From the human T2T-CHM13v2.0 reference genome, Homo sapiens, in assembly GCF_009914755.1 (NCBI RefSeq), contig NC_060925.1: a stretch of DNA of 64,000 nt. One strand, given 5' to 3'. The translations under genes were made by a program, and so were the position numbers. The notes under the pieces were generated by a model. It ran no database searches. It saw nothing but the letters and a program-made list of their open reading frames with translations, and was not told the origin of the DNA. Below, piece after piece: positions 63,394-64,000 of this stretch (position 1 is the stretch's first letter; each line of letters opens with the position of its first letter).

Positions 63394-64000
63394 TGTCAGG
63401 CCTCTGAGCCCAAGTCAAACCATCGCATCCCCTGTGACTTGCATGTATACGCCCAGATGGCCTGAAGTAACTGAAGAATCACAAAAGAAGTGAAAAGGCC
63501 CTGCCCCGCCTTAACTGATGACATTCCACCATTGTGATTTGTTCCTGCCCCACCTTAACTGAGTGATTAACCCTGTGAATTTCCTTCTCCTGGCTCAGAA
63601 GCTCCCCCACTGAGCACCTTGTGACCCCCGCCCCTGCCCACCAGAGAACAACCCCCTTTGACTGTAATTTTCCATTACCTTCCCAAATCCTATATAAGAC
63701 GGCCCCACCCTTATCTCCCTTCGCTGACTCTCTTTTCGGACTCAGCCCACCTGCACCCAGGTGAAATAAACAGCTTTATTGCTCACACAAAGCCTGTTTG
63801 GTGGTCTCTTCACACAGAGGCGCATGAAATTTGGTGCCGTGACTCGGATCAGGGGACCTCCCTTGGGAGATCAATCCCCCATCCTCCTGCTCTTTGCTCT
63901 ATGAGAAAGATCCACCTACGACCTCAGGTCCTCAGACCAACCAGCCCAAGAAACATCTCACCAATTTCAAATCTGGTAAGCGGCCTCTTTTTACTCTCTT
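63394..64000 (+). mobile_element. HERV-H provirus 5' end: LTR7-family LTR (63394-63829), tRNA-His PBS (63832-63849), leader with splice donor at 63976
   Basis: tgtcaggcctctgagcccaag start. PBS TGGTGCCGTGACTCGGAT is complementary to the tRNA-His 3' end. Donor CTG|GTAAGC. The element runs off the window end. Confidence 0.96.

Overview
Primate (most likely human) genomic DNA, heavily filled with interspersed repeats (Alu, L1, L2/MIR, MaLR and ERV LTRs, Tigger1, MER DNA elements). I found no clearly intact protein-coding gene. Two processed pseudogenes lie on the minus strand: ELOC (52.7-53.2 kb), whose 96-aa downstream ORF is intact, and BET1 (56.9-59.2 kb), which has a 126-nt in-frame deletion and sits nested inside a MaLR provirus. 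The window ends in a MER41 LTR with tandem GAS sites and the 5' LTR, PBS and splice donor of a HERV-H provirus. The main unexplained signal is in the non-repeat islands from ~7 to ~51 kb. They repeatedly show minus-strand splice acceptors/donors and stop-poor reading frames, headed by a CpG-rich exon encoding a signal peptide. This looks like a decayed multi-exon gene (candidate unitary pseudogene) for a secreted or membrane protein I cannot name. Repeat subfamily names and parent-gene sequences come from memory and need RepeatMasker/BLAST confirmation.
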